Source: Planctomycetota bacterium (lineage in GTDB: Bacteria > Planctomycetota > UBA1135 > UBA2386). From it: a stretch of DNA of 64,000 nucleotides. Where the stretch lies: contig OZ245838.1 of NCBI GenBank assembly GCA_965228735.1, positions 4,080,011 to 4,144,010 on the forward strand. Reading direction: 5' to 3'. A program made the position numbers and the translations under genes. This document shows positions 50,703 through 59,501 of this stretch, in pieces (position 1 is the first letter of the stretch; each line of letters opens with the position of its first letter). Under the pieces are notes generated by a model. That model made no database searches, was not told the DNA's origin, and saw only the letters and a list, made by a program, of their open reading frames with translations.

Positions 50703-53045
50703 CTACTTGATCACCGGCACCTCGAGACGCCGCGTCGACTCGAAGCGCGTGCCGTCGAAGACCCAATCCTGGAAGTAGAGGGTCAGCGGCGGCAACCACT
50801 CGGGCAGCGGGAAGGTCCAGCGCGGGAAACCCTGGCTCGGCGCCAGCTGGAAGTTCATCGTGCCGAGGTAGGCCGGTCCGTTGTCCACGAGGAGGAAGCA
50901 GCCGGACCCGACCGCGGGGTCGATGATCTGCAGGTTCTCCGGCGCGAGCGACACGAGCATGAAATGACCGCTGCCCGCCGGCGCGCTCAGCACGTAGATG
51001 AAGTCGGTCTCCGAACCGATCTGGCGACCGCCGTTCCAGCGCGGAGACACCGAACTGCAGCCCGGGCCAACGAGCGCCGTCGGGCCGGGCGGGTTGTACT
51101 CGAGCGGCCGACCCTGAAGGACCGCGCTCGAGCCCGTGGAACTGCCGGTCACCACGGAATACTGGTCGGGCCCGAGGGCAAACGTCACGGCTCCGGACTG
51201 CGCGAGCCCAGCGAGCGCGTCAGCCGGGCCTTCGGTCGGCTGGCCGGTGTAGCCGACGATCGCGTAGCGCGGCGTGTAGGCGCCGTTCCCCATCGATTCA
51301 CGCCACAGCGGCGCAAAGTGCGAACGGTCGCGGCGATCGAACGCGAGGTCGAGCGTCTGCAGCACGCGTGTCGCCGATGCCTCCAACACGATGGGTGCCT
51401 GATCACCCGCCGGGTCGGGCGTGGCGCTGCCCTCGAACCAGTCGAAGCGTTCGAGCTGCATCCGCGTGCCGGCCATGCTCGTCGTCTTGCTGAGGAAGAA
51501 CGTCGGATACGACGCGAACAACACCGCCCAGCGGCCGTTGCCGCCTTCGACGACGGGGCGCAGCTGGTGCTCGTTGGACGCCGCCGCGACGTCGCTCGTC
51601 CAGGTCCCCGACGCCACGGTGCCGGTCTGCGAGATGCGCTTGCCCGCGAGGTCCCAGTCGTCCGACGACAGCAGGTTGTTGTAGGTCTGGTAGACGCACA
51701 TCCACGAGTACGGTGAGCCGTCCGCGACCTGGTTGACGCTCGGGCGCTCGTCGTCGGTCACGAGCGACGCACCGATCGGGAACTCCGTGCCGAACGTCCC
51801 GTTCGTGGTCGTGACGTCGAGGCGCACGCCGTAGACCGCGCTGCCGGCGACGTTGGAGAAGCCGCCCACGTTGTTCTCGCGCTGGAACACGACGAGCGCA
51901 TGCGAGCCGGTCGAGAATTGGCCGACGCCGCCGACGTCCGGGCGCCAATCGTTGCCACTCGAGGGCACGAACGACGTGTAGGTCGAGCTCTGCGTCAGAT
52001 CTCCCAGATCGCGCACGTGCGCTCGCAGCTGACTGACGGTCGTCGGATTGTTCACGAAGTGACGGCGGAACACGATGGCCCAGCGGTCGGGGCCCGCCAC
52101 GAAGGCCACGGCCGGGTGGTCGGTCACCCACGATGTGGTCATGTCGGTGAAGACCGTCACTGCACCAGCGAAGTCCTCGTCCGTGAGCCGCCCGAAGACG
52201 TCGACGTCGGTCGCCGAGAACGCCGCCGACCAGACCGTCAGGACGTCGTCACCGTGGACCCCATCGATGTGCGCGACGTCGACGTCCTCGAGCGGCACAT
52301 CGCCCAGGTATCCGGCCACGGAAACCGGCGAGGTGAAGAACGGGTCGACGACGACCGGCAGCGTCGCTTTCGCGAGCCAGGTCCCGGGCACGCTCAGCGT
52401 GATCTCGCCGTTCTCGTATCCAGTCAGCAGTTCGATCCTGTCACCGGTCGCGTCAAAGGCGAACGCCTTGCCGTAGCGCACGACCTCGTTGCCCTGCGCG
52501 TCGCGGAACGCCAGCGCGCCGTGCGCCGGCGCCATGCCGTCCGCATGCAGCTCGGTGGCCACCTTGCCGGTGATCACGAGGTCGCCGTTCCCCGGCAGTG
52601 TCTCGAACACGAACGTCTGCTCGAGCCCTGCGTGCAGCACGTCGTAGGCTTCGGTGAACGCCGCGAAGCGGTATTCGAATCGGTAACCGTCACCGTGCGG
52701 CACCGGGTGTTCGCCACGTTCGAGCAGATCGCGTTCACCGCGGCGCACCGACGCGGTCCGCCAACTCACCGGCAGATTGCGCGGATAGCCGCGCCCGAGC
52801 ATCGGCACGAACGTCATGCCGTCGTGGAACGACGCCTTGTAGTGACCGCCGCCGGCCCAGATGCCGTACTCGGCACCGAGGTCGGGCGCTGCCGTGTGCA
52901 CGGCGACGCGGAAGTCGTCGAACGGCACGCCTTCGGCCTGGGCGGCGAGCGGCGATGCGATCGACGCCACCAGCAACGCGATCACGGTGGTCTTCAGGGC
53001 AGGAGAAGGCGTCCCAGGGACGACACGAGGGCGAACGACACACAT
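50703..53045 (-). CDS. Large secreted protein of unknown function, paralog B
   Basis: Internal ATG (53043-53045) of track ORF 50703..53834 gives MCVVRPRVVPGTPSPALKTTVIALLVASIASPLAAQA (signal peptide). 780 aa. Paralog of 48406..50670. Confidence 0.8.
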   Translation of the reverse strand: MCVVRPRVVPGTPSPALKTTVIALLVASIASPLAAQAEGVPFDDFRVAVHTAAPDLGAEYGIWAGGGHYKASFHDGMTFVPMLGRGYPRNLPVSWRTASVRRGERDLLERGEHPVPHGDGYRFEYRFAAFTEAYDVLHAGLEQTFVFETLPGNGDLVITGKVATELHADGMAPAHGALAFRDAQGNEVVRYGKAFAFDATGDRIELLTGYENGEITLSVPGTWLAKATLPVVVDPFFTSPVSVAGYLGDVPLEDVDVAHIDGVHGDDVLTVWSAAFSATDVDVFGRLTDEDFAGAVTVFTDMTTSWVTDHPAVAFVAGPDRWAIVFRRHFVNNPTTVSQLRAHVRDLGDLTQSSTYTSFVPSSGNDWRPDVGGVGQFSTGSHALVVFQRENNVGGFSNVAGSAVYGVRLDVTTTNGTFGTEFPIGASLVTDDERPSVNQVADGSPYSWMCVYQTYNNLLSSDDWDLAGKRISQTGTVASGTWTSDVAAASNEHQLRPVVEGGNGRWAVLFASYPTFFLSKTTSMAGTRMQLERFDWFEGSATPDPAGDQAPIVLEASATRVLQTLDLAFDRRDRSHFAPLWRESMGNGAYTPRYAIVGYTGQPTEGPADALAGLAQSGAVTFALGPDQYSVVTGSSTGSSAVLQGRPLEYNPPGPTALVGPGCSSVSPRWNGGRQIGSETDFIYVLSAPAGSGHFMLVSLAPENLQIIDPAVGSGCFLLVDNGPAYLGTMNFQLAPSQGFPRWTFPLPEWLPPLTLYFQDWVFDGTRFESTRRLEVPVIK

Positions 53046-53126
53046 CGTGCAGGGGGTAGCGAGAGCGCTGCGCTGCCCGACTGCGATTTCCCCGAGAAAC
53101 GCTCGCCCCGCAACACCCGAGTCATA

Positions 53127-53148
53127 AGCCCCAGCGAACCATGGGGCT
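53127..53148 (-). terminator. Hairpin downstream of the MATE-like gene
   Basis: agcccca-(8 nt)-tggggct, a 7-bp stem, 17 nt after the stop at 53165. On the minus strand it is followed by UAUGACU. Confidence 0.35.
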
Positions 53149-53164
53149 GCGCGTTCACCAGGCG

Positions 53165-54505
53165 TCACCGCCGGCGCCAGAGCAGCCAGCCGGTCTGCAA
53201 CAGCCCGGCGACCGTGAACGCCGCGAGCGCCACGTAGATCCCGCGCACGCCGGGCAGCAGCTCGACGCCCGCCACGAGCCCGGCCGTGCACGCGACGAGG
53301 TAGACGACGACGGCCTCCGTGATCGGTCGCGTGCGGCCCTCGCTCACGAGCACACCCTGGTGGTAGTTCTGGGCAACCGCGTAGCCCGGCATCAGCAGCG
53401 CGAAGAGCAGCGCCGAACCCGCGAGCGTCGTGAGTTCGTCGGACAGCCCGCTGACCGTGCCGAACCAGAACGCGCCGAGCGGCGTCAGGGCCAGGACGGC
53501 GAGCACGGTCATCGCGATCAGGCCGATCTGCGTGCCGAAGCGGCGCAGCGCCGGCTTGCCGCCGGGCTGCCCCGCGAGCGTGACGACCACTTCGTTGAAC
53601 GCGAACCCCGCGCTGCGGGTGAGGAACACGATGCCGTAGACCGCCGGCCACGCCGCGAGCGACGCGAGCGGGTCGGCCATCTGACTCATCGCCCACGAAC
53701 CGATCGGCTGGATGACGATCGTGATCAGAGGGGTGAACGCGAGCGGCAGATAGAACCGCGAGAACGCGCGCCACGTGAGTTCGGAGTCGTCGGTCGCGGC
53801 AGCCAATCGTGGTCGCCCGACGTTGCGGTAGCACCAGCCCGCGAACAGCGCCTCGAGAACGACGCCGAGCGCGACCCCGATCGTCCCGACGACGATGCCG
53901 GGCAGGCCGCCGACCAGGAGCCCGATCGCGAGCACGACCACGTTCGTGAGCAGCCGGATGATCGTGCCGTAGACGACGACGTCCGACCGTTCACAGCGGA
54001 TCAGCACCCCCTGCTGGAAGCGCCGGTACGCGATGGCCCAGGTCCACGGCAGCATGATCTGCATGCCGATTCGGCCGGGCTCCACCGTCTCGGGCGGGAC
54101 CTGGATCAGATCGAGCGCGATCCAATCGAACAGCGGCGTGAACGCGACGAGCGCGTGCACCACGGTCAGCACGAGCCCGGAAACGTGCGTGAAGCGCAGC
54201 AGGCGCGCGTGCGCCGCGAGGTTCTTCGCGAGCGCCGTCGACGCCGCGAGCAACATGATGATCGGCGCCTCGATGAGGATCGACAGCGGGTAGACGAGCG
54301 CTCCCATCGCCGCGAGGTGCACCTCGCCGCCCGGCATGCGCGTCATCGCGACCGCGAGCATCGGCATCTCGACGCCCATGAGCAGCCAGCTGCCGGCCAA
54401 CGGCCACCACAGCGACAACACCCGGCGCGCGTCGACGATCGCACCGTCCGTGGGCTGCGGCTCGCCGGCCGGCGGCGCTGCGGGGGGTGAATCGAGGGCG
54501 GACAA
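53165..54505 (-). CDS. MATE/MOP-superfamily transporter-like 12-TM membrane protein
   Basis: Track ORF 53165..54706. The candidate TTG at 54505 avoids overlap with the upstream gene (start uncertain). N-terminal RRVLSLWWPLAGSWLLMGVEMPMLAVAM resembles the MATE N-terminus. Hydrophobic throughout. Confidence 0.6.
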   Translation of the reverse strand: MSALDSPPAAPPAGEPQPTDGAIVDARRVLSLWWPLAGSWLLMGVEMPMLAVAMTRMPGGEVHLAAMGALVYPLSILIEAPIIMLLAASTALAKNLAAHARLLRFTHVSGLVLTVVHALVAFTPLFDWIALDLIQVPPETVEPGRIGMQIMLPWTWAIAYRRFQQGVLIRCERSDVVVYGTIIRLLTNVVVLAIGLLVGGLPGIVVGTIGVALGVVLEALFAGWCYRNVGRPRLAAATDDSELTWRAFSRFYLPLAFTPLITIVIQPIGSWAMSQMADPLASLAAWPAVYGIVFLTRSAGFAFNEVVVTLAGQPGGKPALRRFGTQIGLIAMTVLAVLALTPLGAFWFGTVSGLSDELTTLAGSALLFALLMPGYAVAQNYHQGVLVSEGRTRPITEAVVVYLVACTAGLVAGVELLPGVRGIYVALAAFTVAGLLQTGWLLWRRR

Positions 54506-54585
54506 GGCGTCGCTTTCTCGGCTCCGCCGTCGCCGAACGCAAGCGCCCGTTTCGGCGGCCGCCGCGACTGGCCAAACGGACCCGG

Positions 54586-54936
54586 TTACCGACCCTTCCA
54601 GCAGAGCCAGAACGAGAACAGCACGACGAGTGCGGCGGCCGTCGTGACGGAGACGAACAGCGGCTGGCCGGCGGTGCGGCCGACGAGGAAGTACCAGGTC
54701 AACCAACCGAAAACGCAGACGGTGGCGAGGGTGATTCCGAGTATGCGCTGGACACCCGAGCTGCCCCCGAGCTCCCGGACCATCTCGGCATGCGCGAGCT
54801 CGAACGCGGCATCGAGGTCCGCACGCGCGAGCTGCGGCTCGACCTCGCGCTGTGATCGCACCGCGGCAGCGAGCTTCTCGGCGAGGCGCACCGCGCGCGG
54901 CCCCGCCGTCGCGCTCTTCGGGGTGATCACGATCAT
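54586..54936 (-). CDS. Small 2-TM membrane protein, unknown function
   Basis: 116 aa. Amphipathic N-half, then ILGITLATVCVFGWLTWYFLV and FVSVTTAAALVVLFSFWLCW. Same strand as, and between, the lipoprotein and MATE-like genes. Confidence 0.5.
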   Translation of the reverse strand: MIVITPKSATAGPRAVRLAEKLAAAVRSQREVEPQLARADLDAAFELAHAEMVRELGGSSGVQRILGITLATVCVFGWLTWYFLVGRTAGQPLFVSVTTAAALVVLFSFWLCWKGR

Positions 54937-54979
54937 CGCCGGACTCTACGGCACTCGACCACCAGAGCTACGCCCGGCC

Positions 54980-55936
54980 CTACTTCAGCAGATCCGGATC
55001 GAACGGCAGGTTGGTGCGCAGCTTGTAGCGCCGGTTGCGTTCGCCCGTGCCGACGAACCCGATCTGCCAGATCCCGGCCTGGGCGCAGACGAGGAACAGC
55101 GGTTCGACCGCCAGAAACGGCGTCGGCCCATCGAGCAGCACGAGCAGTTCGCCCTCACAGACCGGCTGGATGCCGCCGGGCCCGACCCGCTTCACGGGCC
55201 AGTCGAAGCGCTCTGGGATGCCGGCGATCTTCTCGGCCTCCGCGATCGGCATCCGCCCGCCGGGCCGCCCGCCGAGACCGCTGAACATCGGCGCGTCGAA
55301 CCCGGCCTTCTGCGCAAGCTCCCAGACCGCGAGCACGTCCTGCATGGCGACCTCCCGATCGACCTCGAACAGCAGGTGCTTCGGCCCGCGCACGTTCGCG
55401 ACCCGCGCTGCCAGTTGCGTCACGATCTGCCGCACTGCCGCCGACTCGATCCGCGGCCCGCGAAACTGCGGTGCGTCGCGCCGCTCGCCGATGACGATCG
55501 TCTCGCCCTTCTGCTGCAACACGATCCGCACCGGCCCGCGCGGGTTCGCGGCGAGCGCGCCGCCGTCGTCCTTGACCTCGACCTCTTCGACCACCTCGCC
55601 CGGGCTCGCCTTCGGCAGCGCCGCCCCGTGATCCCCGCGGCCGCGCTGCAACTCGTGCAGCCCCCACGTCCCGTTCGACCGCCGCACGGCCAGCACGAGC
55701 GGCCCGTTCCCGGCCGCGACGTCGACCCCGGTCGACAACTTCGGCGGCTCCAACCCCTCGCGCTCGATTAGCTGCCGCACGAGCCCATCCGCCAGCGACC
55801 GCTTCACGGGCGCCACTTCGACGGGCTCCTGCGCCACCGCACAACCGAGCAGAACCACCAACACGAAGAGTCTCACCCCCGGAACGGTACCCGGTTCGAT
55901 CTGCCGGCGTAACCCGCGGGCGCGACAGGATGCCAC
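54980..55936 (-). CDS. Lipoprotein with ExbD/TolR-like domain(s)
   Basis: GTG start at 55936 (alternative GTG at 55876 gives (M)RLFVLVVLLGC with lipobox LLGC). Segment VRIVLQQKGETIVIG...HLLFEVDREVAMQDVLAVWELAQKAGF resembles the ExbD/TolR periplasmic fold. Confidence 0.6.
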   Translation of the reverse strand: MASCRARGLRRQIEPGTVPGVRLFVLVVLLGCAVAQEPVEVAPVKRSLADGLVRQLIEREGLEPPKLSTGVDVAAGNGPLVLAVRRSNGTWGLHELQRGRGDHGAALPKASPGEVVEEVEVKDDGGALAANPRGPVRIVLQQKGETIVIGERRDAPQFRGPRIESAAVRQIVTQLAARVANVRGPKHLLFEVDREVAMQDVLAVWELAQKAGFDAPMFSGLGGRPGGRMPIAEAEKIAGIPERFDWPVKRVGPGGIQPVCEGELLVLLDGPTPFLAVEPLFLVCAQAGIWQIGFVGTGERNRRYKLRTNLPFDPDLLK

Positions 55937-55944
55937 CTCGAACC

Positions 55945-55982
55945 AGGTACCGTACGGCGGGCAAGGTACCGTACGGCGGGCA
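55945..55982. repeat. Perfect 19-bp x 2 tandem duplication (aggtaccgtacggcgggca) in the OMP-lipoprotein intergenic spacer
   Basis: Copies at 55945-55963 and 55964-55982. Each contains GGTACC and the 8-bp palindrome CCGTACGG. Confidence 0.97.
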
Positions 55983-55986
55983 GCGA

Positions 55987-57228
55987 TCAGAACGCGAAGT
56001 TCCAGCCGACCTCGAACGCGTTGTCGTCCGACACGTCGAACGGCAGGCGGCCGGCGCGGTAGGTCGCGAAGAAGCCGTCCTGGTGCGTGATCGCGACCGC
56101 GACGTAGTCGTAGCTCTCGAGGCCCGCGGCCTGCACCGCGGCCGAAGCGTCGAGCTCCTGGAAGTAGCGGTAGTTCACGCCGACGAAGAGGTCGCGCTCT
56201 TCACCACCCCACTTGAGCCGCAGGAATGGGGTCTTCATACCCGCCTCGAGCATGAGGCGCGGGAACGCCGAGTTGTCGCCGACCATCGCCCGCGGGTCGT
56301 TGCCTTCGGGCTCGACGAGGTCGAGCTTGGCACGAAGGTACGGCAGCGCGTTGCCGCGCGGCGAGAAGCCGCCGTCCCAGCCGCTGAGCCAACGCGTGAT
56401 CGCGAACGGATAGTCCGCCACGTTCAGCCAGCTGAGCAGCGTGTCCTGACCGTATGACTTGACGTCGAGCCAGAGCGACCCGCCGACCGTGACGTTGCGC
56501 GCCGTGAACCGCTGGTTGGTCTCGTAACCGCCGTGCAGCTCGGCTTCGACGAAATAGTGGTTCGGGTCGACGAGCTCCGCCATGCGGGCCCTGATCCGGC
56601 GGAGCTTCGCCTCGTTGCCCGCTGCACCTACCATCTCGTTGATCAAGCCCGTGAACTGCGCCTCGGTCCCGGTCCAGCCCGGCACGTTGCCGAGCCAGTA
56701 CGAGAACGCGACCTCCGAGACGAGGAAGTCCGCCGGGTTGGTCGCGTCATCGAACGCGACGCTGCCCTTCGCGCGCAGTTCGAACGCCGCGTGGTTGGCA
56801 GGAATGCCGTTCTCGTCACGCTGCTCACCGAACTCGTGTGACTTCTCGTAGTCGTACCCGAAGCCGAGGCTGCTCTCGGCCCCCTGGTTCTCGAACGTCT
56901 TGAGCTCGAGCTGCAGGTTCTGGAACAACGACTCGGCGGGCCCGTCCTCGAAGTTGAACATGTTGCCGAAGACACGGCCCGTGGCCTTGCCGGCGAGCTT
57001 CCGAGCGACCTTGCTGACCGCCGAGGGATTCTCCGCGATGAACTTGGCGATCTCCTTCTCGGCCTTCTCCCGCGGGTTCTCGACGGGCTCCGACGCACGA
57101 ACGGGCTCGCCGCCGCCGGCCTCGATCGCTCCGGGATCGAACGGCTCGGGTCCGCGCCATGCGCTCGGCGTCCCGACACATGCGACCAACGCGAACGCCG
57201 CCGCCATCGCCAACACCGAACGGCACAT
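55987..57228 (-). CDS. Outer-membrane beta-barrel-like lipoprotein, unknown function
   Basis: Internal ATG (57226-57228) of track ORF 55987..57816 gives [17 protein letters not shown] (lipoprotein signal). 413 aa. Alternating beta-strand pattern and a terminal FEVGWNFAF (aromatic C-terminal OMP signature). Confidence 0.7.
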   Translation of the reverse strand: MCRSVLAMAAAFALVACVGTPSAWRGPEPFDPGAIEAGGGEPVRASEPVENPREKAEKEIAKFIAENPSAVSKVARKLAGKATGRVFGNMFNFEDGPAESLFQNLQLELKTFENQGAESSLGFGYDYEKSHEFGEQRDENGIPANHAAFELRAKGSVAFDDATNPADFLVSEVAFSYWLGNVPGWTGTEAQFTGLINEMVGAAGNEAKLRRIRARMAELVDPNHYFVEAELHGGYETNQRFTARNVTVGGSLWLDVKSYGQDTLLSWLNVADYPFAITRWLSGWDGGFSPRGNALPYLRAKLDLVEPEGNDPRAMVGDNSAFPRLMLEAGMKTPFLRLKWGGEERDLFVGVNYRYFQELDASAAVQAAGLESYDYVAVAITHQDGFFATYRAGRLPFDVSDDNAFEVGWNFAF

Positions 57229-57722
57229 CACAGCCACCCCACGTACTGCGAGTCGAGCTCCCGCCCTAGTTTGGCGACCGTGTTCGCCTTGCCGGCGAAA
57301 ACGGCCTCGACCGCGTCGTACGCGGCGTTCTTGTCCTGCTGCGTGGTGCCCGAACGCGGTTCGAGGGTCGGCCGCCCGGTCAGGACCAGCTTCAAGAAGC
57401 TCGTGCAGAAGTCGCGAGCGGCCTTCCGCTCCATGTCCGCGGACGACCCCGTCGGCCAGAACTGCAGCTGCTCCATCTTCAGCTTGCCGACGTCGTCCCA
57501 GGACAGCGACAGCTTGAACTGCCCGAAGTAGACGAGCAGGCCGAACGTCGTCTTGTGCGCGACGTTGCTGTCCGACCACGAGGCGGCACCCGAGGGCACG
57601 ACCGCGCCAGCAGTCGACGCCCGTCGCGCCGCCTTCTTGGCGACCTTCTTCTTCGTCGCCTTCTTCTTCGCCGACTTCTTCTTGGCCGACTTCTTCGCAG
57701 CCTTCTTCTTCTTCTGGGCCAT
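57228..57722 (-). CDS. Protein with histone-H1-like Lys/Ala-rich N-terminus and unassigned C-terminal domain
   Basis: [34 protein letters not shown] followed by a 125-aa globular-looking region. ATG start. Its stop shares a base with the downstream OMP ATG. Confidence 0.65.
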   Translation of the reverse strand: MAQKKKKAAKKSAKKKSAKKKATKKKVAKKAARRASTAGAVVPSGAASWSDSNVAHKTTFGLLVYFGQFKLSLSWDDVGKLKMEQLQFWPTGSSADMERKAARDFCTSFLKLVLTGRPTLEPRSGTTQQDKNAAYDAVEAVFAGKANTVAKLGRELDSQYVGWL

Positions 57723-57866
57723 GGCTCCTTCTCCGATTCAGGGGTTTGCGCGCCGCCCTTTCCCGACGCGGCACCCGGATGGTCCCACACGCGATCGCCG
57801 GCCTCAAGACACCCACCGATTTCTCACGCCGAGCGCGGTAGCATCCGCGGCTCGAAACCCGACGCG

Positions 57867-58829
57867 ATGCGGACCTTCCAGCAACTGATCCTCGACCTGC
57901 AGGCCTATTGGAACGAGCACGGCTGCGCCCTGCTGCAGCCCTACGACATGGAGGTCGGCGCCGGCACGAGCCACACCGCGACGTTCCTGCGCGCGCTCGG
58001 TCCCGAGCCGTGGCGCGCTGCCTACGTGCAGCCGAGCCGGCGCCCGAAGGACGGCCGCTACGGCGACAACCCCAACCGCCTGCAGCACTACTACCAGTAT
58101 CAGGTCGTCCTCAAGCCGTCGCCCGCGGACATCATGGACCTCTACCTCGGTTCGCTGCGCGCGATCGGGCTCGACCTCGAGCAGAACGACGTGCGCTTCG
58201 TCGAGGACGACTGGGAGAACCCGACGCTCGGCTGCTGGGGCCTCGGCTGGGAGGTCTGGCTCAACGGCATGGAGGTGACGCAGTTCACCTACTTCCAGCA
58301 GGTCGGCGGCATCGACTGCAAACCGATCACGGGTGAGATCACCTACGGGCTCGAGCGGCTGTGCATGTACATCCAGGGCGTCGAGAACGTCTATGACCTG
58401 CAGTTCGCCGACGGCCTGAAGTACGGCGACGTGTTCCACCAGAACGAGGTCGAGCAGAGCACCTACAACTTCGAGCACAGTGACGTCGAATTCCTGCTCA
58501 CGGCGTTCGACGCCTACGAACGCCAGTCGCAGCACCTGATGTCACAAGAGCTCGCGCTGCCCGCCTACGAGCGGCTGCTCGAAGCCGGCCACACGTTCAA
58601 CCTGCTCGACGCGCGCGGCGCGATCAGCGTCACGGAGCGCGCGGCCTACATCGGCCGCATCCGCAACCTCGCGCGCGCCGTCGCGCAGAGCTACGTCGAC
58701 AGTCGGGCGCGCCTCGGCTTCCCGATGGCGCCCAAGGAATGGGCCGACGAGACGGTGCAGAAGCTCGAAGCCGCGCGCGAGAAGGCCGCGAAGAAGGCGG
58801 CCAAGCAGAGCAAGAAGAAGGGCGCCTGA
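57867..58829 (+). CDS. glyQ: Glycine--tRNA ligase alpha subunit, with Lys-rich C-terminal extension
   Basis: Internal ATG 57867 of track ORF 57555..58829. [47 protein letters not shown] and [20 protein letters not shown] are near-invariant GlyQ sequence. Extra tail ...[23 protein letters not shown]. Confidence 0.97.
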   Translation: MRTFQQLILDLQAYWNEHGCALLQPYDMEVGAGTSHTATFLRALGPEPWRAAYVQPSRRPKDGRYGDNPNRLQHYYQYQVVLKPSPADIMDLYLGSLRAIGLDLEQNDVRFVEDDWENPTLGCWGLGWEVWLNGMEVTQFTYFQQVGGIDCKPITGEITYGLERLCMYIQGVENVYDLQFADGLKYGDVFHQNEVEQSTYNFEHSDVEFLLTAFDAYERQSQHLMSQELALPAYERLLEAGHTFNLLDARGAISVTERAAYIGRIRNLARAVAQSYVDSRARLGFPMAPKEWADETVQKLEAAREKAAKKAAKQSKKKGA

Positions 58830-59018
58830 GTCGCCACCGGTCGCCGTCGATCGCTGCCGACTGCCACGGATCGCTCCGGTGCAGCCGGAGGGCCCACGTG
58901 AAGGTGTGACAGGTTGTCGCCCTTACCGGCCACTACGGGGGCGCCGCGGGTTTGGCTTTGGCAATCGGCGACTCGTCCGCCTTCAATGCCAGCCCGTTCC
59001 TCCACCACTCAGGATCTC

Positions 59019-59483
59019 ATGTCAGAAGGAAAGCGCCCTGGCGGGCTGACCGCCCTCGCCGTCATCAACTTCGTGTTCACCGGGTTCGGTGCGCTCAATC
59101 TGCTCGCCCTGGCTGCGCTGCTGGCGTTCATCAGCCTCGCCGACACCTCCGACGCGGACATCCCCGAGGGCCTGCGGGAAGCCGTCGAGATGTGGAAAGA
59201 GATCGGCGTCGGGTTCTTCTACGTTGCGCTGTTGCTCGAGTTGGTGAACACCACACTGCTGCTGCTGTCGGGCATCGGCTACCTCAAGCAGAAGAAGTTC
59301 CTGGGTCGGGGCCTCGGCTCGCTCTATGGCGTGCTCGGGATCGTCGGCGTCGCTGCGACGACGCTCATGGTGCAGAACGACGCCGTCGGTGGCTTCCAAC
59401 TGCTGACACTGCTCGCCGTCATCTACCCCCTGCTCACGCTGATCCTGCTGAACACCACGTTCAAGCACGACTTCATCCGCTGA
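59019..59483 (+). CDS. Small 4-TM membrane protein, unknown function
   Basis: ATG 59019 within track ORF 58914..59483. MSEGKRPGGLTALAVINFVFTGFGALNLLALAALLAFISL... Four hydrophobic segments. Confidence 0.6.
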   Translation: MSEGKRPGGLTALAVINFVFTGFGALNLLALAALLAFISLADTSDADIPEGLREAVEMWKEIGVGFFYVALLLELVNTTLLLLSGIGYLKQKKFLGRGLGSLYGVLGIVGVAATTLMVQNDAVGGFQLLTLLAVIYPLLTLILLNTTFKHDFIR

Positions 59484-59501
59484 CCAAGAGCCGAACGTCC
59501 G

